From a virus (lineage: Duplodnaviria > Caudoviricetes), in IMG/VR virus record IMGVR_UViG_3300030376_001368, positions 1-25,805 of that record: a DNA stretch of 25,805 nucleotides; one strand, given 5' to 3'. The notes under the pieces were generated by a model. That model searched no databases, was not told the DNA's origin, and worked only from the letters and a program-made list of their open reading frames with translations. Position 1 is the first letter of the stretch. Every line of letters starts with the position of its first letter. The translations under genes were made by a program, and so were the position numbers. Below, in pieces: positions 1 to 7,303 of this stretch.

Positions 1-599
1 TTAAGATTGTCATTTATAACACCATCTTTTTCTTTTTTCATTCCATAAGGTGGGTCATTGTGGGCTACATCTGCTTTTTCTCCATTCATTAACTTTTCAA
101 CATCACTTTCTTTTGTGCTATCTCCACACATCAATCTGTGTTTTCCAAGTTCCCAAACATCACCTAATTTTACTCTGCTTTCCTTTACTTCTGGTATGTG
201 GTCATCTTCTGTGTTGCCTTCAACTATTTTGTCTATATTAAAACCAAAGTCAATATCCTTAAAACCCCAATCTTTTAATTCTTCTATTTCAAATTCATTT
301 GCAAGAATATCCATATCAAATTCACCACCACTTTTATTGAGTCTTATATTTAATTCTCTTTCTTCTTCTTTTGTTAAGTCTAATACAACACAATCTATTT
401 CTGTATGCTTTAAGTCTTTGCAAACTTTCAGTCTTTGATGACCCCCAATAACTGTCATATCCTTATTTATAATAATAGGATCAACTAAATCAAACTTTTT
501 AATACTTTCTTTTAAGTCTTTGTATTGCTTATTGCTTATCTGTCTTGGATTGTAACTTGCAGGTTGTAATTTATTTATCTCTATCTTTTCTATTTTCAT
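1..599 (-). CDS. ParB-like N-terminal domain fused to amino (N6A/N4C) DNA methyltransferase; 3' end runs off the left edge
   Basis: Not in ORF track; translated by hand from ATG at 599: MKIEKIEINKLQPASYNPRQISNKQYKDLKESIKKFDLVDPIIINKDMTVIGGHQRLKVC (ParB-like YNPR / GGHQRL), then GDVWELGKHRLMCGDST...AHNDPPYG (DPPY catalytic motif). Open to position 1. Confidence 0.88.
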   Translation of the reverse strand, partial: MKIEKIEINKLQPASYNPRQISNKQYKDLKESIKKFDLVDPIIINKDMTVIGGHQRLKVCKDLKHTEIDCVVLDLTKEEERELNIRLNKSGGEFDMDILANEFEIEELKDWGFKDIDFGFNIDKIVEGNTEDDHIPEVKESRVKLGDVWELGKHRLMCGDSTKESDVEKLMNGEKADVAHNDPPYGMKKEKDGVINDNL

Positions 600-882
600 A
601 TTTCTTTAATCTTTTTTCTAATTCTATTAAACTATAAATTTGAACACATACATTTTCTAAATGTTTTATTTTACAATACATATTAAAGCATCTGTCCGAC
701 TCGGCTTTAATATGACAATCACGACAAACACCAATTAAATTTTCTATATAATCATTTTTAATTTTATTTCTACGTTCTAAATGGTGAATGTCTACTGCTA
801 CATCATTACACATTTCGCATAGTATGGTCGAGCTTTCATCATAGCCGAAAAAGTTCATATACACCTTAGTATGATTCTGCAA
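571..882 (-). CDS. HNH endonuclease (small, Zn-binding)
   Basis: CEMC...DIHHLE...DYIENLIGVCRDCH: CxxC, HH, N, CxxCH pattern of phage HNH proteins; TTG start (alternative ATG at 858). Confidence 0.8.
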   Translation of the reverse strand: MQNHTKVYMNFFGYDESSTILCEMCNDVAVDIHHLERRNKIKNDYIENLIGVCRDCHIKAESDRCFNMYCKIKHLENVCVQIYSLIELEKRLKKYENRKDRDK

Positions 883-1021
883 CTTCCTTTTTTCTTCTTT
901 TAATTTTAAAATCGTCTGTTGGACTTGCGACTACAAACTTACCTTTGCAAAAATAACAACAATTATCTTGCATTAGTGTCATTCTAACGCATCTACAACA
1001 GAATCTAAATATCTGACTCAT
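866..1021 (-). CDS. small Cys-rich hypothetical protein (51 aa)
   Basis: Hand-translated MSQIFRFCCRCVRMTLMQDNCCYFCKGKFVVASPTDDFKIKRRKKEVAESY*; fills the gap and overlaps both neighbours; two CxxC-like clusters. Confidence 0.6.
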   Translation of the reverse strand: MSQIFRFCCRCVRMTLMQDNCCYFCKGKFVVASPTDDFKIKRRKKEVAESY

Positions 1022-1391
1022 TATCTTCTAATTTACAACTATTTACATAAACTTTAGCTAATTGCGCAACAGTTTGCTTTACACAACTACCACAACTGCT
1101 TGGTTTTTTATTAGCATTGAATACTTTATTATATAGCTTTACTAATGTTGCCTGATCCTGTCCACTTATTCTGTCGCCAATTCTAGGAAGAACAGATTCA
1201 TATATTGACATTTCATCTTCTGTGAATTGTCTGACCTTTGCATAAGGAAACATTTTATTCAATGCTTCTTTTCTCTCACTACATTTACAGTCTATTCCTG
1301 TGACTTCGCTAATTTTATCAACAACCTTTTTTATGCCTGTAGCTTTTGTTATGCGTTCAATTGAATCGCCTAAACCTTTACTTTTTGTCAT
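1005..1391 (-). CDS. phage hypothetical protein with CxC and CxxC motifs
   Basis: SKGLGDSIERITKATGIKKVV...DCKCSERKEALN...SSCGSCV; pattern recalled from Bacteroidota-type phage hypotheticals. Confidence 0.75.
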   Translation of the reverse strand: MTKSKGLGDSIERITKATGIKKVVDKISEVTGIDCKCSERKEALNKMFPYAKVRQFTEDEMSIYESVLPRIGDRISGQDQATLVKLYNKVFNANKKPSSCGSCVKQTVAQLAKVYVNSCKLEDNESDI

Positions 1392-1617
1392 CTTTTATTG
1401 AATTTAAAAATTTATCTCTAATTGTTTCGTCATCTATTTTTTCTAATACCTTATGGATTGTAAAATTAACAGCTTCGTTAATCTTTATATCAAAACCTTC
1501 TTTTGTTCCTAGAACATAGGTTTTTCCTTTTTCATCGCTAAATGATACCATATTATATTTTTTAATCATATCAGTATCAGCTTTTTTTATTGCTCTTATT
1601 ATTCTGCTTTTTTTCAT
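1378..1617 (-). CDS. hypothetical protein (79 aa, start moved to MKKSRII)
   Basis: ATG at 1617 forms an ATGA overlap with the upstream small ORF, preferred to the track's TTG at 1647. Confidence 0.65.
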   Translation of the reverse strand: MKKSRIIRAIKKADTDMIKKYNMVSFSDEKGKTYVLGTKEGFDIKINEAVNFTIHKVLEKIDDETIRDKFLNSIKDDKK

Positions 1618-1709
1618 ATTATTGCTATAGATAAAAGTCCTAAACAAAACAAAGTAACTAATACAACAATTACATTTGCAATGACTTCTTCTTCTTGATC
1701 GTTAAACAT
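1614..1709 (-). CDS. small single-pass membrane protein (31 aa)
   Basis: MFNDQEEEVIANVIVVLVTLFCLGLLSIAII*; overlaps the stop of the sigma-like gene and is ATGA-coupled to the next gene. Confidence 0.6.
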   Translation of the reverse strand: MFNDQEEEVIANVIVVLVTLFCLGLLSIAII

Positions 1710-2217
1710 TTTCTTTTTCTTTAATTAAATACTTCTTGACATTATTAATAGCTTTAAATAGTGTGTTTCTATTTATCTTGGTTGCTTTAGCCATACTATT
1801 CAAACTATGTTCTTCTAAATAATAAACTTTAAAAACCTGCGAATCAAACCAATAACAATCTTTAAGTTTTTCTTCAATCCAATCTAATCTTTCTTCTATT
1901 TGGTTTTTATCTTTTATAGTGTATTCTGTGTTGTCTGCTGTAATGCTTTCTATTGTGGTGGTGGTGTGATATTCATAATACTTATTGTATTTATAATAAT
2001 AACGACTTGTTTTAGAATGGTATTGATTGAGCATTACTCTAGCAATGTAAAATGTTAATTGATTTTTTTTTATAATTTCATATATTCTTTCTTGATCGCA
2101 TTTGTATAATTCTTCAATAACAAAACTTAATAAATCGTCTTTTCCTTTTTTACCTGCTATATTGAAAGCCATGTCCTTTAGCTTATCATAGTTTTCAATT
2201 AGGTATTTGTCTAACAT
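1702..2217 (-). CDS. phage-encoded sigma70/ECF-like transcription factor
   Basis: 171 aa; region-2-like start (YDKLKDMAFNIAG...DDLLSFVIEEL) and region-4-like HTH at the C-terminus (FKVYYLEEHSLNSMAKATKINRNTLFKAINNVKKYL). Confidence 0.7.
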   Translation of the reverse strand: MLDKYLIENYDKLKDMAFNIAGKKGKDDLLSFVIEELYKCDQERIYEIIKKNQLTFYIARVMLNQYHSKTSRYYYKYNKYYEYHTTTTIESITADNTEYTIKDKNQIEERLDWIEEKLKDCYWFDSQVFKVYYLEEHSLNSMAKATKINRNTLFKAINNVKKYLIKEKENV

Positions 2218-2492
2218 ATCTTTATTATAGAAGGTATATTTGCCTGTTTCATTAAATTATATTCTACATCAGTTATTTTGTTTTTTTCTATCTCCATTAT
2301 ATTATCAAATCTACTGTGTAGTTTTTTATAAATATAATTTATTACGTTATTATCTTTTTTTAAATCTCGTAAAATAAAAGTAAGTTCTGCACCACTATCA
2401 AATAAAATTATCCACAAGTAGTTGTTTATATCAACATAATTATCAAACAATCTGTCTTTTCTTGAATTAAAAAATGTTCTTTTAACTTTCAT
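2211..2492 (-). CDS. hypothetical protein
   Basis: Open frame overlapping both neighbours in the operon; ATG at 2492; no motif recognised. Confidence 0.65.
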   Translation of the reverse strand: MKVKRTFFNSRKDRLFDNYVDINNYLWIILFDSGAELTFILRDLKKDNNVINYIYKKLHSRFDNIMEIEKNKITDVEYNLMKQANIPSIIKIC

Positions 2493-3132
2493 CAAATAAA
2501 TCTGTTTGTTTATAGTTGTTTTTATTTATATTTAAAACTGCTTCAAATATTGTTTTTCCAGCTTCATAGTCAACTAAATTTCTAGCAATTTTATTTTTCC
2601 TTTGCTTCCCTTTATATTTATTAAAATCATAATCATGGAAATTTGACAAAGCATCAATTAATTTTTTAGTTCTTGATAAGTCTGGGTTTTTTCTTGTGCT
2701 TAGTATTTTTGGTATTGTAAAATTTGTCCAATATAAATGTCTTTTTCTTTTTTCTGCTGGAATTAAAGTTTCATAAAAAGGAATTACATTTTCAACACAA
2801 TATCTTCCATTATAATAATGCTTTAAAAAAATTATTTCTTGATACAAAGACATATCAGGGTATTTCATTTTTCTTTTATTTTTCATTGATATATTAATTC
2901 TACTGTGTGTGGGGCAAGGTGGACTACTCCAAATAAAATCAAATTCTTTATAATGGTCTAACAGATATTGGTGAGCATCTGCTATAATAACAGTGTCATT
3001 TGGAAATCTTTCTTGATATAATTTTGCAAGTTCTTCATCCCATTCAACAGCTGTGACCTGTATGTCTTTTTTAACTTCATTCCACTTGTATCGATTGCCA
3101 CCAAGACAAGCATATAAATTCAATATCTTCAT
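2482..3132 (-). CDS. compact C5-cytosine DNA methyltransferase
   Basis: Motif I-like ILNLYACLGG, AVE, IWSSPPC (catalytic PC), VENV, RxRH, and C-terminal RNLV resembling motif X. Confidence 0.85.
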   Translation of the reverse strand: MKILNLYACLGGNRYKWNEVKKDIQVTAVEWDEELAKLYQERFPNDTVIIADAHQYLLDHYKEFDFIWSSPPCPTHSRINISMKNKRKMKYPDMSLYQEIIFLKHYYNGRYCVENVIPFYETLIPAEKRKRHLYWTNFTIPKILSTRKNPDLSRTKKLIDALSNFHDYDFNKYKGKQRKNKIARNLVDYEAGKTIFEAVLNINKNNYKQTDLFDES

Positions 3133-3485
3133 TCTATTTTTCCTTTTAAATAACGATTAATAACTTCTAAGGCTTCATCTATTCCTGTGCATATCTCAGC
3201 ATAAAAACCTCTTTTTCTTAGTTGATCTCGCCAATATCTCTGTTCATTAGTTGCTTTATTATATCCAACTTTTAATTCTATTGCACAACCTGCATATAGT
3301 TTTTTGTCTATTTTTGAAATTTCATAAATAAACAAATCTGGAAATCCTTTTTTATATCCACTTTTTTTTGCTTTGATTCGTTGACTCATATGCACCTGAT
3401 ACTGTCCACCCATTGAGCCACAGTATAAAACATTCTGTAAGTCTAAGTATTTACAAACTGCTTTTTGTAATTCGTATTCTTTCAT
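3129..3485 (-). CDS. VRR-NUC / PD-(D/E)xK nuclease (resolvase-like)
   Basis: MKEYELQKAV...GYKKGFPDLFI...AIELKVG...ATNEQ: VRR-NUC signature. Confidence 0.85.
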   Translation of the reverse strand: MKEYELQKAVCKYLDLQNVLYCGSMGGQYQVHMSQRIKAKKSGYKKGFPDLFIYEISKIDKKLYAGCAIELKVGYNKATNEQRYWRDQLRKRGFYAEICTGIDEALEVINRYLKGKIE

Positions 3486-4234
3486 TTCTTAATCCATTTT
3501 TGCCCTGCATTTGGATTGTATTCTGTTACATATCCTAAATTTTTAAGGTGCTGTTCATATTCTTTTTTAGATGAATCGTCCATTCTTTTGAAAAGTAATG
3601 AATCAAAATAATCTGGAAATCTTGATTTTTGTTTATTAAAATTGTTATTTGACCACCTTTTCAATCTTCTGCTTATATCAAAAGTCTTTTCCATTTCTGC
3701 ACGATATTTGCTACCAGACTTGTTTTTTTCAGTCCAATACAAAAAGAATGCTTTTTTATCTTCATCATTAATTCCTTCTATTGATTGAATGGATTTTTTA
3801 AAATCCACTATTCTTTCTTCTATACTTTTATTTACTTTACTTATACTCTTATTTACTTTACTAGTATTACGTTGGTAATTCGATTGTATTACTTTAGTAT
3901 TATTCCACCTTTTATTTATGTTTTCTTTTGCTTTTTTTGACTTGTTATTAATTTCTTCTATATGATTATTTAAACGTCTTGAATAAAAGCAATTATCCTC
4001 AATAACAAACAAATCAAAATCTTCAATGACTTGCTTTAAAATTTTAGGATCACATTGTAAACCAAAAGCTAAAGAATCATAGTCTTCAATACAAAGTTTA
4101 TTTTCTTCTGTAAATAATAATTCTAATACTGCCCAGAATACGCCATAACCTTCATATCCTAGCTTAGACCTTAGCTTTATAACTCTAATATCTAATCTTG
4201 CTACTGAATCGTGGTTAAAATATGTTTTTTTCAT
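3482..4234 (-). CDS. DUF4373/Lin1244-like putative replication initiator
   Basis: YFNHDSVARLDIRVIKLRSKLGYEGYGVFWAVLELL...FYSRRL N-domain, low-complexity repeat linker, C-terminal FFLYWTE...RRLKRW domain; lies after SSB-like gene. Confidence 0.75.
   Translation of the reverse strand: MKKTYFNHDSVARLDIRVIKLRSKLGYEGYGVFWAVLELLFTEENKLCIEDYDSLAFGLQCDPKILKQVIEDFDLFVIEDNCFYSRRLNNHIEEINNKSKKAKENINKRWNNTKVIQSNYQRNTSKVNKSISKVNKSIEERIVDFKKSIQSIEGINDEDKKAFFLYWTEKNKSGSKYRAEMEKTFDISRRLKRWSNNNFNKQKSRFPDYFDSLLFKRMDDSSKKEYEQHLKNLGYVTEYNPNAGQKWIKK
3821..3862. repeat. 21-bp tandem direct repeat x2 inside the initiator gene (candidate iteron)
   Basis: tatacttttatttactttact (3821-3841) and tatactcttatttactttact (3842-3862), one mismatch; encodes SKVNKSI twice. 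Confidence 0.7.
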
Positions 4235-4248
4235 AATTAAAGAGTTAA

Positions 4249-4315
4249 GAAAATGCCTGTCCTAAATATAAGGATAAACTAACTAATAAAACAAGTATTA
4301 CAGACAGGCACTTTC
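4249..4315 (-). promoter_or_regulatory. long-loop RNA hairpin in the leader of the initiator gene
   Basis: Minus-strand arms GAAAGUGCCUGUC (4315-4303) and GACAGGCAUUUUC (4261-4249) pair over 13 bp with one G-U. Confidence 0.55.
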
Positions 4316-4323
4316 AGGATAAT

Positions 4324-4653
4324 TTAAAATGGTGGATTATGTTCGTTAGTAATTGACTCAATGCTTTCTTGTTCTCTAATTCTACAATCTTTAATCATTA
4401 AAGTATTATAAAACTTTCCTTTGTATTCTCTACATTTAATATAAAAATCAATATCTACATATTGCCCTGCAGATAATTTTTTAGAGTGTTCAATTACATT
4501 AATAGAATTTTGTCCGAATAATTCAAATTGCATAATGTGACGAAAATCAGTAGTTGTTTCTTCTATTGTAATTAGCTTTTTAACAAAATCACCTTTATCT
4601 GTATTTATTTGTTGATCTTTAACTTCTGTTATTTTACCTTTTATTTGATACAT
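4324..4653 (-). CDS. DUF3127-family OB-fold protein, putative single-stranded DNA-binding protein
   Basis: IKGKI...FVKKLITIE...QFELFG...IDFYIKCREYKGKFYNTL with a C-terminal PPF tail resembling SSB tails. Confidence 0.8.
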   Translation of the reverse strand: MYQIKGKITEVKDQQINTDKGDFVKKLITIEETTTDFRHIMQFELFGQNSINVIEHSKKLSAGQYVDIDFYIKCREYKGKFYNTLMIKDCRIREQESIESITNEHNPPF

Positions 4654-4674
4654 ATTTTTAATTTTTATTGATTA

Positions 4675-5079
4675 TTAATTTTTTTTAAATGATTCGCTTT
4701 CATCTTCTCCAAAAACACCAAATTCATAAAACCCTGCTAATTTAAGGACTGCCCTTGACATTGCTCTTTTCTCAGCCATCTCCATTACATACCAACTGTT
4801 AGTATTTCCATCTTTGAAGGAATCTCCTTTTAATGCACTTCCAAATGTTTCTACAAATTTTTCATCTCCATCTTTTGTTATTTCACCTTTTGCTTTAACT
4901 ACTGCGAAATTAGGTTCACATTTAATTACTTCATAAGCACAATAAATTTGCAAATTAGCTTGAATCTTTTCAATACCACTTCTTGTTATTATTGTGTAAT
5001 GTTGATGTTTAAAAACATCTTCACTTGTTAAATTATTTTCTACAAATAATCTATTTAATATATCTTTTTTTGTTTCCAT
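4675..5079 (-). CDS. putative single-strand annealing/recombination protein (Rad52/Erf/Sak-like fold)
   Basis: C-terminal ETFGSA...MAEKRAMSRAVLKLAG...GVFGEDES resembles the SSAP helix motif; adjacent to the SSB-like gene. Function inferred. Confidence 0.5.
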   Translation of the reverse strand: METKKDILNRLFVENNLTSEDVFKHQHYTIITRSGIEKIQANLQIYCAYEVIKCEPNFAVVKAKGEITKDGDEKFVETFGSALKGDSFKDGNTNSWYVMEMAEKRAMSRAVLKLAGFYEFGVFGEDESESFKKN

Positions 5080-5081
5080 AT

Positions 5082-5285
5082 CTATATATTTAAAAAATCT
5101 ACTCTTAATTCTAAATTAAGAATTTTACATAATTTATCAGCTTCACTAAATTTCATTAATTCAGGTCGCTTTAACTTTGAAAGCATTGTTGGATATGATA
5201 CGTCCATATATTCAGAAAGTTCTAATTTAGATACTTTATGCTTAAACATTGCATATTCAATAGTTTCTTTTAATTTATCATTCAT
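5082..5285 (-). CDS. Cro/XRE-like HTH DNA-binding protein (67 aa)
   Basis: Start moved to MNDKLKE; SKLELSEYMDVSYPTMLSKLKRPELMKFSEADKLCKILNL is an XRE-type HTH; first gene of the leftward operon. Confidence 0.8.
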   Translation of the reverse strand: MNDKLKETIEYAMFKHKVSKLELSEYMDVSYPTMLSKLKRPELMKFSEADKLCKILNLELRVDFLNI

Positions 5286-5309
5286 GATTTTATATTTAAA
5301 ATTATAGGA

Positions 5310-5340
5310 CAATATTAATAAATCTTTTTTAACAACCAAA
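5310..5340 (-). promoter_or_regulatory. candidate leftward Bacteroidota-type sigma-A promoter
   Basis: Minus strand TTTG-N19-TAATATTG, one mismatch to the TTTG-N(19-21)-TAnnTTTG consensus, 24 nt before the HTH start. Confidence 0.5.
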
Positions 5341-5356
5341 CAAATTAATTTAATAG

Positions 5357-5381
5357 TTATTAACATTCCAATTGTTAATAA
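5357..5381. promoter_or_regulatory. perfect 9-bp inverted repeat (operator or DnaA-box-like pair)
   Basis: TTATTAACA-ttccaat-TGTTAATAA, between the two divergent promoters. Confidence 0.55.
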
Positions 5382-5399
5382 ATAAAAAGAATTATTATG

Positions 5400-5429
5400 T
5401 TCGTGTTAAATTAATTTTATATATATTTG
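5400..5429 (+). promoter_or_regulatory. candidate rightward Bacteroidota-type sigma-A promoter
   Basis: TATATTTG at 5422-5429 matches TAnnTTTG exactly, with TTCG 18 nt upstream; 22 nt before ATG 5452; A-rich leader without SD. Confidence 0.6.
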
Positions 5430-5451
5430 TGGAAACAAAACTATTAAAACT

Positions 5452-5637
5452 ATGAATAAATCAATCATTCAATTAGCATTAGATGCTTTAGAACTTAAAC
5501 TAATAAAACAAAGACAGGAATCAAAAAGAGAAGGAATGTTTTATGATGTAGAATCTATTAATGTATTATTAGAAAAAACAAGAGAGTATCAAAAAGAATT
5601 AGAAACAGAAGGTGAAACTAAAATTACTTTACAATGA
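5452..5637 (+). CDS. small early hypothetical protein (helical)
   Basis: First gene after the rightward promoter; ATGA overlap with the next gene. Confidence 0.75.
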   Translation: MNKSIIQLALDALELKLIKQRQESKREGMFYDVESINVLLEKTREYQKELETEGETKITLQ

Positions 5638-5861
5638 GAACAATAGAAATAAAAGAAATAAATGTTTCAACTAAACAAGGTCGTTTAGATTGGTTAGAAT
5701 ACAAAGCTAAAGACGATTGGAAATTCTTAGGAGAAACAGGAATGACAATTTTGTTTGAAAGAATTACAGAAGAAGTTTCTAATTGTTGCAATGCTAAATT
5801 AATTGAAGAATCGGATGTTTGTTCTAAATGTAACGAACATTCTAAAATAATAAATATATGA
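5634..5861 (+). CDS. small early protein with C-terminal Zn-finger-like motif
   Basis: SNCCNAKLIEESDVCSKCNEH; ATGA overlap upstream and 4-nt overlap downstream. Confidence 0.75.
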   Translation: MRTIEIKEINVSTKQGRLDWLEYKAKDDWKFLGETGMTILFERITEEVSNCCNAKLIEESDVCSKCNEHSKIINI

Positions 5862-6124
5862 AAAATTGGATAATTACAGGAAAAGGATATGTCAATTGTG
5901 GTGTTACTAACCCTTACAACCTAAATCTTGAAATAACAGATTTACAATATAAGTATAATGAAATTCGTTTAAGATCAACAGAAAAAGATTTAGAAAAATT
6001 TGTTTCTGAATTGATAAAAGATGAAGCATCTTTTAAACTTATTGGATATTTTGAAAAAGATTCAGAAGATCATTTAGACCATATGTATGGATCAAATAGA
6101 ATGTTCAAACCTAAAAATCTATAA
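5858..6124 (+). CDS. small early hypothetical protein
   Basis: 88-aa ORF coupled within the + strand operon. Confidence 0.72.
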   Translation: MKNWIITGKGYVNCGVTNPYNLNLEITDLQYKYNEIRLRSTEKDLEKFVSELIKDEASFKLIGYFEKDSEDHLDHMYGSNRMFKPKNL

Positions 6125-6125
6125 T

Positions 6126-6443
6126 ATGAAAACATTACAATTCGTAAAAACTAGCAAGAGTTATAATTCTAAACATGGTGGAAGCATATACTACATCTTT
6201 TTTAAAGGTATAGGGAAAAGCTATAGAACAGTATTATTTAGCAATATGCGTAACTTTAAAAATTGGAATAATATTTTAAACAAAGCTGAAAGAGGTGATT
6301 ATATAGCTGATCTAAAAATGAAGTTATATAAAGGCAAAGAAATAGTAGACGCTGACAGTATGCCTAAGCTAATTACACAGCGTGAAATGCATGAAATTGA
6401 TTGTGAGAGATTTGAGGATTATTACGGAATCCCACCACATTAA
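6126..6443 (+). CDS. early hypothetical protein (105 aa, start moved to MKTLQF)
   Basis: ATG at 6126 lies 1 nt after the upstream TAA; basic and aromatic-rich. Confidence 0.72.
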   Translation: MKTLQFVKTSKSYNSKHGGSIYYIFFKGIGKSYRTVLFSNMRNFKNWNNILNKAERGDYIADLKMKLYKGKEIVDADSMPKLITQREMHEIDCERFEDYYGIPPH

Positions 6444-6578
6444 TTATTTCAATTTTTCGATTAACCTCTTAAAGTCTTTTCTTATACCTTTAATGTCATA
6501 AACTTTTTTATGGTTTTTGTCATAAGTATAATAAGCACCCAATTGAAGTTTTTCTCTATATAGGTTTTTATTTTTCAT
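6444..6578 (-). CDS. small basic hypothetical protein (44 aa)
   Basis: Hand-translated MKNKNLYREKLQLGAYYTYDKNHKKVYDIKGIRKDFKRLIEKLK*; ATGA-coupled to the phosphoesterase stop. Confidence 0.6.
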   Translation of the reverse strand: MKNKNLYREKLQLGAYYTYDKNHKKVYDIKGIRKDFKRLIEKLK

Positions 6579-7303
6579 AATTCCATTAATAAATTTATGG
6601 GTAATTTTCCGTTATTCAAAACGACCGCCGCCCCAATAGCAGGTTTTTTTCCATATTTAGCATAAGCCATAGCATAAGATTCGTGATTAATTCCACAACC
6701 AACTTGCATTCCAAATACTCTAAATTTTCTGCCGACAAAATGTTGACATCCTGCTAAAGTATGTAAATGACCTTGAACTGTATTCATTAAGTCAGCCCTA
6801 CACTTGCTAAACGCTTGACCACCTTCACCATGAATATATTGAACATTATCTTTTTCATAGCGTTCAACAAAATTCCATTTAGGAACTTCTAATACCTCTT
6901 TATAAGATTTGATCCATTTAGAAGGAATTGCACTTGTTTGTGCTTTACGCATAACCATTCTGTCGTGGTTTCCAATGATAACAGTGGCTACAGGAAATGC
7001 TTTTCGCCAACGCGCTATTCTTTTTATCGCTAATTCTAATTCATCAGCACCACCCATACCGTCTGCGTTTGTTTCATGATATGATGAATAGTGATTGTCT
7101 ATTATATCACCAATAAAGACAACTTCATTGCAGTTAAATTCAATATATTTTTCTCTACAAAAATCTAAGTATTCATCTAAGCAAAATGGTTCGTGAAGAT
7201 CGCCAATAACTAAAATGTTATTAGCCGTAGTATTGTCATTATCTCTATATTCTTTTATTAAGTCCCATTCTGTGCGTGATATTCTAGGTCTGTAATAATT
7301 CAA
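6575..7303 (-). CDS. calcineurin-like metallophosphoesterase
   Basis: All five motifs present: GDLH, GDIID, GNHD, IHG, GHLH. Confidence 0.9.
   Translation of the reverse strand: MNYYRPRISRTEWDLIKEYRDNDNTTANNILVIGDLHEPFCLDEYLDFCREKYIEFNCNEVVFIGDIIDNHYSSYHETNADGMGGADELELAIKRIARWRKAFPVATVIIGNHDRMVMRKAQTSAIPSKWIKSYKEVLEVPKWNFVERYEKDNVQYIHGEGGQAFSKCRADLMNTVQGHLHTLAGCQHFVGRKFRVFGMQVGCGINHESYAMAYAKYGKKPAIGAAVVLNNGKLPINLLMEL

Noticed and set aside
50-438. + strand ORFs 50-241 and 58-438
   Set aside because: Antisense shadows of the ParB-methylase gene, which the track missed because it runs off the edge.
1954-1968. Short (tgg)n run encoding HTTTT in the sigma-like gene
   Set aside because: Only about three units; expected by chance and too short for phase variation.
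4262-4272. ctaaatataag as a fifth copy of the late motif
   Set aside because: Two mismatches in the 11-nt box and no TGTTT box at the 11-nt spacing.
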